From NCBI GenBank assembly GCA_038087875.1, contig CM075996.1, forward strand, positions 7,814,001 through 7,878,000: a DNA stretch of 64,000 nt. The letters are read 5' to 3'. Below, one piece after another: positions 29,057 through 40,591 of the stretch; position 1 is the first letter of the stretch, and each line of letters begins with the position of its first letter. The stretch comes from Malacoraja senta. Its lineage: Eukaryota. The notes beneath the pieces were generated by a model. It was not told where the DNA came from. It worked only from the letters and a program-made list of their open reading frames with translations, and searched no databases. A program made the position numbers and the translations under genes.

Positions 29057-32000
29057 TAAAGGACAGCATTTTGGACATCTTTATTCAAGGGCAGAGGGGA
29101 TATGCCAGTTCGATGAGTATCAAGTCAGTGGTAGGAAAATTATTGAGAAGCAAAGATTCTGAATGACAGATTAAATCTACCGTTGTTAAGGCAGGGATAA
29201 ATTTATTGCGAGTGTGGAAACATGCTCTTCGGCCCACTGAGTGCATGCCGACCATCATTCACCCGTACACTAGTTCTATTATCGCACTTCGCATCCTACA
29301 CACTAGGGACAATTTACAGAAGCTAATGAACCTAAAACCTGCACATCTTTGAAATGTGGGAGAAAACCGGAGCGCCCAGAAAACCCCCCATGCGGACACA
29401 GGGAGAACGTACAAACTCTGTACAGACAGCACCTGAGGTCAGGATCGAACCCACGTCCCTGACGCTGTGAGACACTGTGCTCCCCCAAGGGTAGTCAACA
29501 TGGTTTAGTGAGGGGGGGAAATTCTGTTTGACCGTTTTGATTTAATTATTCAAAGAGGAATCAAAAATGTATTGACGTGAACAATGTGGTTGTTCAGCCC
29601 ACATAGGAGGCTGATCCTAAAGGCTACAGCTCACAGTATTCAGACCACATTGGCGTATTGGATCCAGAACTGGTTGCTATTTGGAGAAATGGTGGCGGAG
29701 AGTTGCTTTTGTGGTTGGACACCTGTGATCTGTGCCAGTTCCCTTACCGTCCGTCATTTACATTAATGATTTGGAATGAACATAAGACGAATGATTAGCA
29801 AGTGGGCAGATTGCATGAAAATTGGTGGTTATGTTGATAGTGAGGTGGGTGCTCTCGACTGCCAGAAGATATTTATCAATTGGTAAGATGTGCAGTGCAA
29901 CGGCAGATAGAGTTTAATGTTTAATCCTAATGTATTTAATGGTCGGCATGGTGGCGCAGCAGTTGGGTTGCTGCCTTACAGCGCCAGAGACCCGGGTTCG
30001 ATCCTGGCTATGGGTGGAAACAGGCCCTTCGGCCCAACTCGCCCACACTGGCCAACAATGTCCCAGCTACCCTAGTCCAACTTGCCTGCGCTTGTTCCAT
30101 AACCTGTCCTATCCATGTACCTGTCCAACTGTTTCTTAAACGATGGGATAGTCCCGGCCTCAGTACGTTCGAGGAGAACGTACCTTTGTACGTTCTCTCT
30201 GTGACTTGCATGAGTTTTCTCCGAGAACTTCAGTTTCCTCCCACACTTCAAAGACATACTGGTTTAAGGTTAATTGGCTTGGTATAAATGTTAAAAAAAA
30301 TGCCCCTAGTGTAGGATAGTGTGAATGTGCGGGGATCGTTGGTCGGTGTGGACTCGGTGAGCCGAAGGGCCTGTTCCCGCGCTGTATCTCTAAACTATAC
30401 TGAACTATTTTGGGAAGACTAACATGCACAAAGAATGATAGGGCCCCCAACAATATTAAGGAACAGAGGGTTCAATGTAAAACTCCTAGGATTGCTGAAG
30501 GTGACAGCACAGATGGATATGGTGGTGAAGAAGGCATACGCGATTACATGGTTCACTAGCTACGGCAGAGAGTACAACTCTATAAGATATTGTTTAGACA
30601 ACAGCTGGAGTATGGTGGGCACTTCTGGTTGCCGCGCCATAGGATTACACTAGAGAGGTGCAGAAGAGAATCACTGGGATATTGGCCAGGATGGAACATT
30701 TCAGTTGAAGAAGGTGCAGAGGACCATGGGCCAAGGTCCATTGAGATTACTGTAGATACATGTGTGATGATTTGCATGGACTCAGTGGGCTGAAGGGCCT
30801 GTTTCTGTTCTGTATTATTCTACAAATTAAAAAAAAAAGACACAAGAATTGCGTTTTTACCAAATTCGGCACGTAAGTATTTTTAAAATTCAAATTATTC
30901 TTTTATTAGCAATACACATATGCCGGCAGTAGGTGCAGACAGACGATGACATGTCATAGAAGAGTCCATGATGGAGGCAGACAAGGTTCTGGTCTTTACT
31001 CTCGCTCGTACTATACATCCCACACTGGGACTTATCTCCACACATCATAGAAACATAGAAAATAGGTGGAGGACGAGGCCATTCGGCCCTTCGAGCCAGC
31101 ACCGCCATTCATTGCGATCATCCCCAATCAATAACCCGTGCCTGCCTTCTCCCCATATCCCTTGATTCCACTAGCCCCTAGAGCTCTATCTAACTCTCTC
31201 TTAAATCCATCCAGTGATTTAGCCTCCACTGCCCTCTGTGGCAGGGAATTCCACCAATTCACAACTCTCTGGGTGAAAAAGTTTTTTCTCACCTCAGTCT
31301 TAAATGGCCTCCCCTTTATTCTAAGATTCTTTTTTGCCTCCGTGCCCATGAAACCATGTTCCTCTTTGGTGAGCCGACAGGCCATTGAGCAATGGGGGCA
31401 TCATATTGCAGACTACATAACTTCCACACAGACATATCCCGCAAGGATTTCTCCACTGATCCAGGTCTACACAGAAAACACCGGGAATAAACATGTTCTA
31501 AACAGCTCAGTAAGTCACTGGGTGCAGGAATAAATTTGACAAATATCATTTGCGTCTGAAAAAATGATTCCAAAGAAAGGAACGGGGCCAAATGTAATCC
31601 TCTGGTTAGTGGTCCTACTTGTTTGGAGAGACTGGAAAAGCCAGGCTACTGATCAAGGCTCCATGGCCTGAACCATAGATGTTTCTTTCCCAGAGGAGGC
31701 TGCTCGACCCACTGAGTGTTTCCAGCATTCCGATGGCTTCAGATTTTCGTCAACTGCAGGGTTTTGCTCGGAAAGCCACGCTTCCCGCCTCCAAGCAGAA
31801 GCCTATGGGGAAATGTACCCTTGACGTTCAAAACCCTAGATAGACACAAAAAGCTGGAGTAATTCTGCGGGACAGGCAGCATCTCTGGCGAAAAGAATGG
31901 GTGACCTTTCGGGTCTTGACGCATTCCTTCTCTCCAGAGACACTGCCTGTCCCACTGAGTTACTCCAGCTTCTTGGGTCCATCTTCGGATTAAACCAGCA

Positions 32001-34063
32001 TCTGCAGTTCCTTCCTACACAAGTTCAAACCCCTACAAGCTTTTGATGTTTAAAAGAACATTTCTTGAGGCAGGACAGTCAGCAAACAGAGTAACTAGCA
32101 ACAAGCCTGAGGGGAGATGAGCAATTGTTACACAGCATGATTCAGGCCCTCGGCCCACCAAGTCCACACTAACCATCAGCCACCCATTTGTACCAGTCCT
32201 CCTTTCATCCTTTTTTTATTCTCCCTATAATCTCATCAACTCTTCCCCCGTCCCAGACTCTACCTCAGGGGCATTTTACAGTGGCCACTTAAGCGACTGA
32301 CTTGCTCTTCGTTGGAATGTGGTTGGAAACCACCCGGTCACAGGGAGAGCTGCAATCACCACATAGGCAGCACCAGAAGTCAGCCTTGAGCCCAAGTCTC
32401 TGGCGCTGTCAGGCAGCAACACGACTAGCTGAGGAGAGAAGAATATTTTCTCACAACAAGTTTCTATCTGAATTCTGTTGCCTAAAGCACTGATCAAAGA
32501 TGATTCAACAGTCACTTGTCAAAAGGGGGTTGGATAAATAATTACAGTGGAAATGTTTGGAGTTCTCTGGGGGGAATCATTAACTGGAGAGTATTTTCAT
32601 GGGGCCAAATTTTGGCAGGGATTTGTATATGACTGTTAAATCTCTGTTAGCCTTGCCTGCTCCAAGACACGTTGGACGTCTGTCTTCTGTGGGTTATTAT
32701 TTAATGAATTCCTTCAAGCAGAGAAGACGTGTTGGTGTGGGAGACAGACAAGAGAACAGAGGCTCACCAGTCCTGGGATGCCACCGAGATTTACCCTGCG
32801 AGATTTAACGTGCATCGTTGCAGCAAGAATTTATCTGGTGCTCAACTCTCAGTCCGACAAAGAGTGCGTTTGTTCTCTTATCTCACAGAGTCCATATAAC
32901 CCGCAGCCTCCCGGACTATAAATAATCGCAGCTCTGGAGGGGGGAGTCTGTCTCTCTCCGCAGGCAGGCTCTGGCTTGCCTTACCGTCTCCGTCAGTCCG
33001 CTCAGCTTACAGTCTCAGTTAGCTGATCCAAGTATGGTTCACGGAAAACTTCCTAGACTCCATGCTCCTGGGCTGGGATGGGTAGAAGAGAGACACGATG
33101 AAGTACAGATGCTGGAATCTTCAGCAAAACATGAGCCTGAATCATTCTGAAGAAGGGTGCTAAATGGGAACTCCACCAGTCCCTTCCCTCCACAGATGCT
33201 GCCTGACCCGCTGAGTTCCTCCAGCACATTGTGTGCCGCCAGGCTGGGATCGACTCTTGGTGCGGGTTCCTGCTTCCAGTCACCTTGCCATGAGCTGACT
33301 GACAAAGCTCGATGGGCAAGGTAACAGAGAGGGCTCTGTTGATGCCTGGGCCGCTCCCAATGTTGGGCGAGTCCAGAACCAGGGGCCACAGTCTTAGAAT
33401 AAAGGGGAGGTCATTTAAGACTGAGGTGAGAAAAAACTTTTTCACCCAGAGTTGTGAATTTACGGAATTCCCTGCCATAGAGGGCAGTGGAGGCCAAATC
33501 ACTGGATGGATTTGAGTTAGATAGAGCTCTAGGGGCTAGTGGAGTCAGGGAATATGGGGAGGAGGCAGGCACGGGTTATTGATTGGGGACGATCAGCCAT
33601 GATCACAATGAATGGCGGTGCTGGCTCGAAGGGCCGAATGGCCTCCTCCTCCACCTATTTTCTATGTTACACATTGCTGTCATCTTGTTCAGGGTGGGTA
33701 AAGGCACATGGGTGGAAGGTTCACGAGCGGCGATCGTCACACTCACTGCAGCTGAAAGCTAGGGTGGGCATCGTGGGGCAAAGGGTGGGTGGGGGGCACT
33801 CAGACAAACTCTATGAACAACTAAAGGGCCAGAGTTGATGAGAACACACTCTGGAGGCAACAGTACAGTAGTGAAGAACACTATGGAGCTGGTTGCCGTC
33901 CAGACCAGCATCAGCTGCCATCTCCAGTTGCTGATGCTACATATGCCTTGGAGCTGAGCATCATCCAATACTGTTCCAGGTTTCTATACATCTCCTTCTT
34001 TACTTTAGACTTTAGAGAACAGGCCATTCGGCCCAGAGTCGGCACCGTCCAGCGATCACCCTG

Positions 34064-34762
34064 TATAGGGAGGTTGCACGTCAACCGGGTCACGACCCAT
34101 GACCCGTACTGTTGCCACGCAACGCCAACTGGAGTACACGCGGAGAACTGCAGGTAAGCACTTACCATGGATTCCAGTGTAGCGGGCCCGTCTTCTGTCC
34201 CAGCATCCCGACTCCACGCGGTCGGGGGTGGGGAGGTGGTCGTAGGGGGGCGGGGGCCGGTGCAGCGCGGTCAGTGACGCTGGGTGGGCAGAGGGACCTG
34301 ACTGTCTCCAACTCTGCTGCAGCTGACGGGGACGTTGCCGGGTTTTCGTCCCCGTGTGTCCGTGCCTGGAGCCGCGGCCACGCTCCACCGGGCCCCGTGT
34401 GTGGGCGCTGCCGACCTACAGCCTGTGATAGTGCGGCCGCCCAGAGCGGAGACGGGGCGGAGGGTGGCCGTGGCCGGACAACGCTGACCCTGGGGGGAGA
34501 GTGGGGGCTGTCCCGAGGGATGCGCTCCTTCAGCCGCTGACACCTTGGTGCTCGGGTTTAGAGCAAAAATACTTGAGCATTTGGTTCAGAGCGCTCAGTC
34601 ACCCTCCACAATTGTTTACAGCGCAAAAAGTGACAATTCCGGCGTTTTTAACAGGTTAGAAAGTACGCATTTCATGTGTTAACAGTGTAAGCCGGAGATG
34701 GATTGAGCTGCTCCGTGCGTCACGCCCTTTGACCCGATGACCTTATGTGCAACCCCCTTATA
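34064..34762. mobile_element. Unclassified GC-rich non-autonomous TIR element inserted into a SINE
   Basis: Left end GTATAGGGAGGTTGCAC versus reverse complement of the right end GTATAAGGGGGTTGCAC (15/17 match), with further GGGTCA subterminal similarity. Host SINE sequence is present on both sides. Confidence 0.7.
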
Positions 34763-36215
34763 CACCAGGGACAATTTAAAGAAGCCTATAAACTAACAAA
34801 CCTATATGTCTTTGGAGTGTAGGAGGAAACCGGAGCACCCGGAGAAAACCCACATGGTCACAGAGAGAACGTACAAACTCCGTACAGATAGCACCCGTGG
34901 TCAGGATCGAACCCGGGTCTCCGGCGCTGTTCAGCAGCAACTCTACCGCTGCGCCATTATTCCGCCCAACATCAAGATTCACCCTGTGATCCAGGGCCAT
35001 ATGCAGGCGGGGGGCGGGGGCAGGAAATAGGAGGAGTTCCCTTGTCAGAAGAAAGTTAGATTTAAAACATTTACTACGGATCATAATCAGTGTGAATGAG
35101 ACTTCAAGCTACAAGTCAGCATATGTGCGTCTGGGGACTGTGAGCAACAGAAGTCACTGCAAAAGTGAGCAGACAGGGAAAGCAGAGAGACAAATCACAC
35201 CATGTTCACTATGTCCACGAGGCTGGCAGGATTCGAGGGCGTGATGGCACAGTGCCTGGTGCTGGTGAAGAGACCCAGTGACTACAGACTGTACCCCTCC
35301 CACTTTCAACAGACTGCCTCATTGATTACAGCCCAGCACCCCACTGCGAATGCCAGAGAAAGTGAACAAGGGCAACTGTGAGGAGGAAAGACTATCTTGG
35401 AGATTGGGCTGGCAGCGCTGAGGGATCAGGAGGTACTCTGACAGTACCGTACCTACCTCAGCCTTCGCAGTTTACACAGCTCCTGATTTTACACCATAGC
35501 GGCAAACAGCAACACAGTACCGAGACAGGCCCTTTGGCCCGACCTGTCCATGCCATGTGGCAGTGGCGCAACTGCCTCACAGCATCAGTCCCTGGCTCGA
35601 TCCTGACAGCAGATGTTGTCTGTACGGAGTTCGCATGTTCTCCCTGTGACCGCGTGGGTTTTCTCCGGTTGCTCCGGTTTCCTCCCACATTCCTAGTGTG
35701 TAGGATACGAAACTGGGATAACATAGAACTAATGTACTGGTGATCAATGGTGGGTATGGACTCGGTGAGCCGAAGGGCCTGTTTCCATGCTATATCTCTA
35801 AACTAAACATCAATGTTGACATGAAGATGGACACAAAAAGCTGGAGTAACTCAGCGGGTCAGGCAGCATCTCTGGAGAAAAGGAATAGGTGACGTTTTGA
35901 GTCGAGACCCTTCTTCCGGGTCTTCTTCAGAAGGGTCTCGACCCGAAACGTCACCTATTCCTTCTCTCCAGAGTTGCTACCTGACCCGCTGAGTTACTCC
36001 AGCTTTTTGTGTCCCTCTTCAGTTGAAACCAGCATCTGCAGTTCCTTCCTACACATCAAGTGAGTCCCAGTTGCCTGCATTTGGCCCATATCCTTCCTCT
36101 CGCAACCTCACACAGAGGGTTGAGCAGGGACTGGTTCAGCCTGCCCTCCCATCCAGATGTTATCAGGGCTGGGGTCTCTGATTCAGTTGGTCACCCACAC
36201 TCACCACACCAGGGA

Positions 36216-36730
36216 TAGACAATAGACAATAGGTGCAGGAGTAGGCCATTTGGCCCTTCGAGCCAGCACCTCCATTCAATGTGATCATGGCTGATCATCC
36301 CCAATCAGTACCCCGTTCCTGCCTTCTCCCCATATCCCCTGACTCCGCTATTTTTAAGAGCCCTATCTAGCTCTCTCTTGAAAGCATCCAGAGAACCTGC
36401 CTCCACCGCCCTCTGAGGCAGAGAATTCCACACTCACAACTCTCTGTGAGAAAAAGTGTTTCCTCGTCTCCGTTCTAAATGGCTTACTCCTTATTCTTAA
36501 ACTGTGGCCCCTGGTTCTGGACTCCCCCAACATCGGGAACATGTTTCCTGCCCTAGCGTGAAACAATCATATGTTTCAATGAGATGCCCTCTCATCCTTC
36601 TAAACTCCAGAGTGTACAAGCCCAGCTGCTCCATTCTCTCAGCATATGACAGTCCCGCCATCCCGGGAATTAACCTTGTAAACCTACGCTGCACTCCATC
36701 AATAGCAAGAATGTCCTTCCTCAAATTAGG
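36216..36730 (-). mobile_element. CR1 LINE 3' fragment
   Basis: PNLRKDILAIDGVQRRFTRLIPGM...RRMRG and a (CTATTGT)n tail. Confidence 0.9.
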
Positions 36731-37636
36731 GTCATGTGTGTTACAATCCCTCGGCCCTCTGACGCATTCGAACTGTGTAACACTTTCCCACTGCCTGCCT
36801 GCCTGCCCACTCTTCAGAGTTTGTTCAAAAACACTTGTATTAAATTGCTTCTGCTGGGCTGGTACCTTTCCCTCTGACGTGCGTGACTTCCTGAGGCATC
36901 TTGCACCCTTTCCATTTGCCAAGTCTCTGCTGATTCATATCCTTCAAGCAGATTACTTGGCATGTGGCCCAGAATTTCCCCGCGTTTGTTCATCATAGTT
37001 CAGTAGCATCACCTGCAGCAGGCTCATGGCATTACATTTCTCTGCTGTTGTTTTGGATGAGAGGCAGCAAGCGAAGGGCAGCATTGGAGACAGGCCAAAC
37101 GCAAATCGGAGGAACAGCACCTTACATTTCGCTTGTGCAGCTTACAACCCAGTGGTATGAACATTGATTTCCCTAACTTCAAGTAACCCTTGCTTTCCCT
37201 CTCTCTCCGTCCCCCCCCCCCCCCCCCACCCTAGTTCTCCGACTAGTTTCAATGTCCTCCTGATTAATTTTACTGTTAGTACGCCTCGTTGTCACCTTCC
37301 CCTCAGCCGGCAATGAACCATTCCACATTTGTTTAAGAAAGAACTGCAGATGCTGGAAAAATCGAAGGTGGACAAAAAACTGGAGAAACTCAGCGGGTGA
37401 GGCAGCATCTATGGAGCAAAGGAATGGGTGACGTTTCGGGTCTCGACCCCTCTTCAGACTTCTGTCTCGACCCGAAACGTCACCCATTCCTTCGCTCCAT
37501 AGATGCTGCCTCACCCGCTGAGTTTCTCCAGCTTTTTACCTACCTTCCACATTTCCTTGATCATCATCTGCTTTGATCTGTCGTTTTCACACCTTACCCT
37601 TAAGTATCTCCAGTTTCCCTTTCCCTGAATCTCTGT

Positions 37637-37664
37637 CTGAAGAAGGGTCTCGACCCGAAACGTC
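37637..37664 (+). ncRNA. Minimal hammerhead ribozyme core (Penelope-derived)
   Basis: CTGAAGAAGGGTCTCGACCCGAAACGTC, identical to the 43545-43572 core. Further copies at 58524-58551(+) and 18046-18073(-); GUU variants at 1359-1386(+) and 25603-25630(-). Confidence 0.65.
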
Positions 37665-38476
37665 ACCTATCCCTTCTCTCCAGAGATGCTGCCTGCCCCG
37701 CTGAGTTACTCCAGCATTTTGTGTCTATCTTCGACGGGGACAGGTCCAAGCCAATAGACAATAGGTGCAGGAGTAGGCCATTTGGCCCTTCGAACCAGCA
37801 CCGCCATTCAATGTGATCATGGCTGATCATCCCCAATCAGTACCCCGTTCCTGCCTTTTCCCCATATCCCCTGACTCCGCTATTTTTAAGAGCCCTATCA
37901 AGCTCTCTTGAAAGTATCCAGAGAACCTGCCGCCACCACCCTCTGAGGCAGAGAATTCCACAGACTCACCACTCTCTGTGAGAAAATGTGTTTCGTCGTC
38001 TCCGTTCTAAATGGCTTACTCCTTATTCTTAAACTGTGGCCCCTGGTTCTGGACTCCCCCAACACCGGGAACCTGTTTCCTGCCTGCCTCCAGCGTTTCC
38101 AAGCCCTTAACAATCTTATATGTTTCAATGAGATTCCCTCTCATCCTTCTAAACTCCAGAGTGTACAAGTCCGTGTCTGACTGTCCCTTTTCACTGGGGC
38201 CGAGCTGAGTTCAAGCACAGTTCCAGAAAGCCCATCGTACGAGGTCTCCAGGTAGAGGTAAAGACAAGTTCCCCCAAAACGGAAACAAGAAAAGACAAGA
38301 ATTCCTTGGAGTATTGCAAGACTGCATTAAATCGCTTTTGGAATGTGGAGAAGAAGGCAGTGTGTTGCCAAGAACAAGCTTGCCCACACAGAACTATAAC
38401 AATACACAATCTCTCTTAGTGCCTTTGGGTATAAAGCTGAAACATTAAAATCCGACAATTGGGAGGCGCTGACGGA

Positions 38477-38482
38477 TTTATT
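38477..38482 (-). terminator. Candidate FOXRED2 polyadenylation signal (AATAAA)
   Basis: First canonical AATAAA I could see on the minus strand downstream of the FOXRED2 stop, about 950 nt away, followed by U/GU-containing sequence. No transcript support. Confidence 0.35.
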
Positions 38483-38567
38483 GTACTCCATTCACGTCCT
38501 GCCTTTAAAATGTTTTAAAGACGGATTTGACTTGTACAGAACCGTCAAGTCTGCAATCTCAACGCTA

Positions 38568-38856
38568 TAGAATAACGGGGAGGCCATTTAATACTGAGGT
38601 GAGAAAAAACTTTTTCACCCAGAGAGTTGTGAATTTGTGGAATTCCCTGCCACAGAGGGCAGTGGAGGCCAAATCACAGGATGGATTTAAGAGAGAGTTA
38701 GATAGAGCTCTAGGGGCTAGTGGAGTCAAGGGATATGGGGAGAAGGCAGGCACGGGTTATTGATTGGGGACGATCAGCCATGACCACAATGAATGGCGGT
38801 GCTGGCTCGAAGGGCTGAATGGCCTCCTCCTGCACCTATTTTCTGTGTTTCTATGT
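38568..38856 (+). mobile_element. CR1 3' fragment, antisense within the putative FOXRED2 3' UTR
   Basis: RPFNTEVRKNFFTQRVVNLWNSL and the CR1 3' UTR. Similar short CR1 ends occur at about 31027-31325, 33355-33667, 37755-38169, 49712-49890 and 60630-60856. Confidence 0.88.
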
Positions 38857-39429
38857 TATATAACAGAATCAAATCTGCAATAAGAAAGTTCTTCAAAATG
38901 TTTCAGGCAAGCCCCTAACAAGTAGCAAATCTAATAATATAAAACGGTCTCCCTGCTCTCTGAATGAATATTTTTGGCTCGAATTTCACGTATAAATATT
39001 ACATTGCACAAAATCTAAGCAGGTCGGGGAGATCTCTGGAGAGGTGCAGTAAGGTTCTGATTAAACTGTTCCCCTCAGGAGATGCTGCCTGACCTGACGT
39101 ATACTTCCAGCATTCTGTTTTATGTCTGAATTTCCCTTATTTGCAGCGTTATGGCTTTGTTTCGTGGTATAAAAGTTTGGCGAGTCCCTTGCATATAACA
39201 GCAGCGTGAAATCTTCCTGGAATCGTTCAGTCCTGCGAACAAGGAGAAGGTTTGGGTGCACTCTGGCCTCACCAGGTTGTAGTGCAGCGCTGGTGCTCAG
39301 ACCACATGGTACCTCCTCCCATCTTGCAGCGGCAGAGGTGGTTGCTGCAGCCACTGGCTTCTCCCTCTTCCCATTAGACGAGAGTTCATCGGGGCTCACC
39401 ACAAAGATGGCAGCCTCCTTCAGCCTGTG

Positions 39430-39530
39430 CTACAAGCTCTCGCTGCCCAGCAACCCTTGCCCGTTTAAGTAACCGTGGAGACAGGAAGGCGGCAGATGCT
39501 GTTGGGTCAAGGCAAACTTGAAGCAGGATT
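39430..39530 (-). CDS. FOXRED2: FOXRED2 terminal coding exon (coding part to the first stop, TAG at 39432-39430)
   Basis: Acceptor gtccctgcag. Translates to [33 protein letters not shown], matching the mammalian last exon as recalled ([27 protein letters not shown]...). This exon is not in the ORF track. Confidence 0.9.
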
Positions 39531-39829
39531 CTGCAGGGACAATGGAAACACATAGGGATGAAATCTTACAACTATGTATTCTTCAAATCCCTTACAAAAG
39601 ACGTGTAATTAGATAGAACTCTTCCAGACATGCTGCCTGACCCAAGGAGTTGCTCAGCACTTTGTGCCTATCTTCGACTCTTCACACAAGTGTGTGTGTG
39701 AGAGAGAGCGTGAGTGAGTGAGAGAGTTTGTGAGAGAGTATGTGAGTGAGTGTGTGCGTGTATGTATAAAAGATATGTAAACATAGTACTAAGAAGGGCA
39801 TCACCCATTCCTTCTCTCCAGAGATGCTG

Positions 39830-40335
39830 CTCATCTTGGTCACTTCCTGTTTGCGCTGTTGTATGATTTTAGAAAAAATGCTACCATATATGGCTGTGAT
39901 TTTTTGGCCATCTTACTCAGTCCTCCTCCGATGATCAGGCCCTGATCCCATCGATGAAAAATAAAAGAGTTATTAGTCTTTAAAAAATCTTGAGATTCTC
40001 TCTCCTGTCAATCACCGCGATGAAGGCCACGCCCCTTCAGGGAGGGAGGGACTATAAAACCCGGAAGTCTGGATGTGGCTCAGTCGCTGCAAGATGGCCA
40101 GGGAGAGGCCACGACTCTCAGTCTGAGCTGGGAATCTACACAACACTGAGTGCCCTTTATGTGCTTTAATGTGGTCAGGAAACCAGTCCCTTCGGCCCAC
40201 AACACCCATACTGGCGCTCCAGAAAGCCCCCCCCCCCCCACTGGCCAGCAATATTGGAATTGGTGGAGAGGTGGAATTTTGCGTTGGGGGACCAGCCCTC
40301 CTGTGTGAAGCTGGGACCCAACGGGTCCCACTTAG

Positions 40336-40340
<5 letters not shown>
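39830..40340 (+). mobile_element. Non-autonomous Helitron-like element (5' end clipped)
   Basis: 3' subterminal hairpin TGGGACCC-AAC-GGGTCCCA (40312-40330) followed by CTAA (fits the CTRR end), then (TA)n. Confidence 0.65.
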
Positions 40341-40376
<36 letters not shown>

Positions 40377-40378
<2 letters not shown>

Positions 40379-40591
40379 GAAGTGGCCTTCAGGAGAGAGA
40401 ATCTCAACATTTTTAAAACACTAATAACTCTTTTATTTTTAATCAATGGGAAAAATCCTCTTGTCCTGCGCAGCGGAGGGGGACTCTGAGTAAGATGGCC
40501 AAAATTCACAGCCGTAAGTGGCAGCGTTTTTTCTAAAATCAATATCCAGAACAGCAGGAAGTGGTCAAGATCAGACTTTTAGTAATATAGA
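40377..40591 (-). mobile_element. Related Helitron-like element, 5' portion, opposite orientation
   Basis: Minus strand begins TCTATATTACTAAAAGTCTGATCTTGACCACTTCCTG (5' TC) and is homologous to about 39830-40010. Confidence 0.6.

Noticed and set aside
30885..31470. Minus-strand acceptor (ttttctgtgtag) and downstream AATAAA suggesting a terminal exon
   Set aside because: No recognisable protein in any frame, interrupted by CR1, and no supported upstream exon.
34056..34543. GC-rich ORFs including a PPPPY motif, and a CpG island as a possible TXN2 or other gene promoter
   Set aside because: The block is bounded by inverted termini and interrupts a SINE, so a transposon is the better explanation. 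No homologous protein recognised.
39400..39482. CTCF/YY1-like and RFX-like motifs
   Set aside because: They overlap the FOXRED2 terminal exon and can be chance matches. No independent support.
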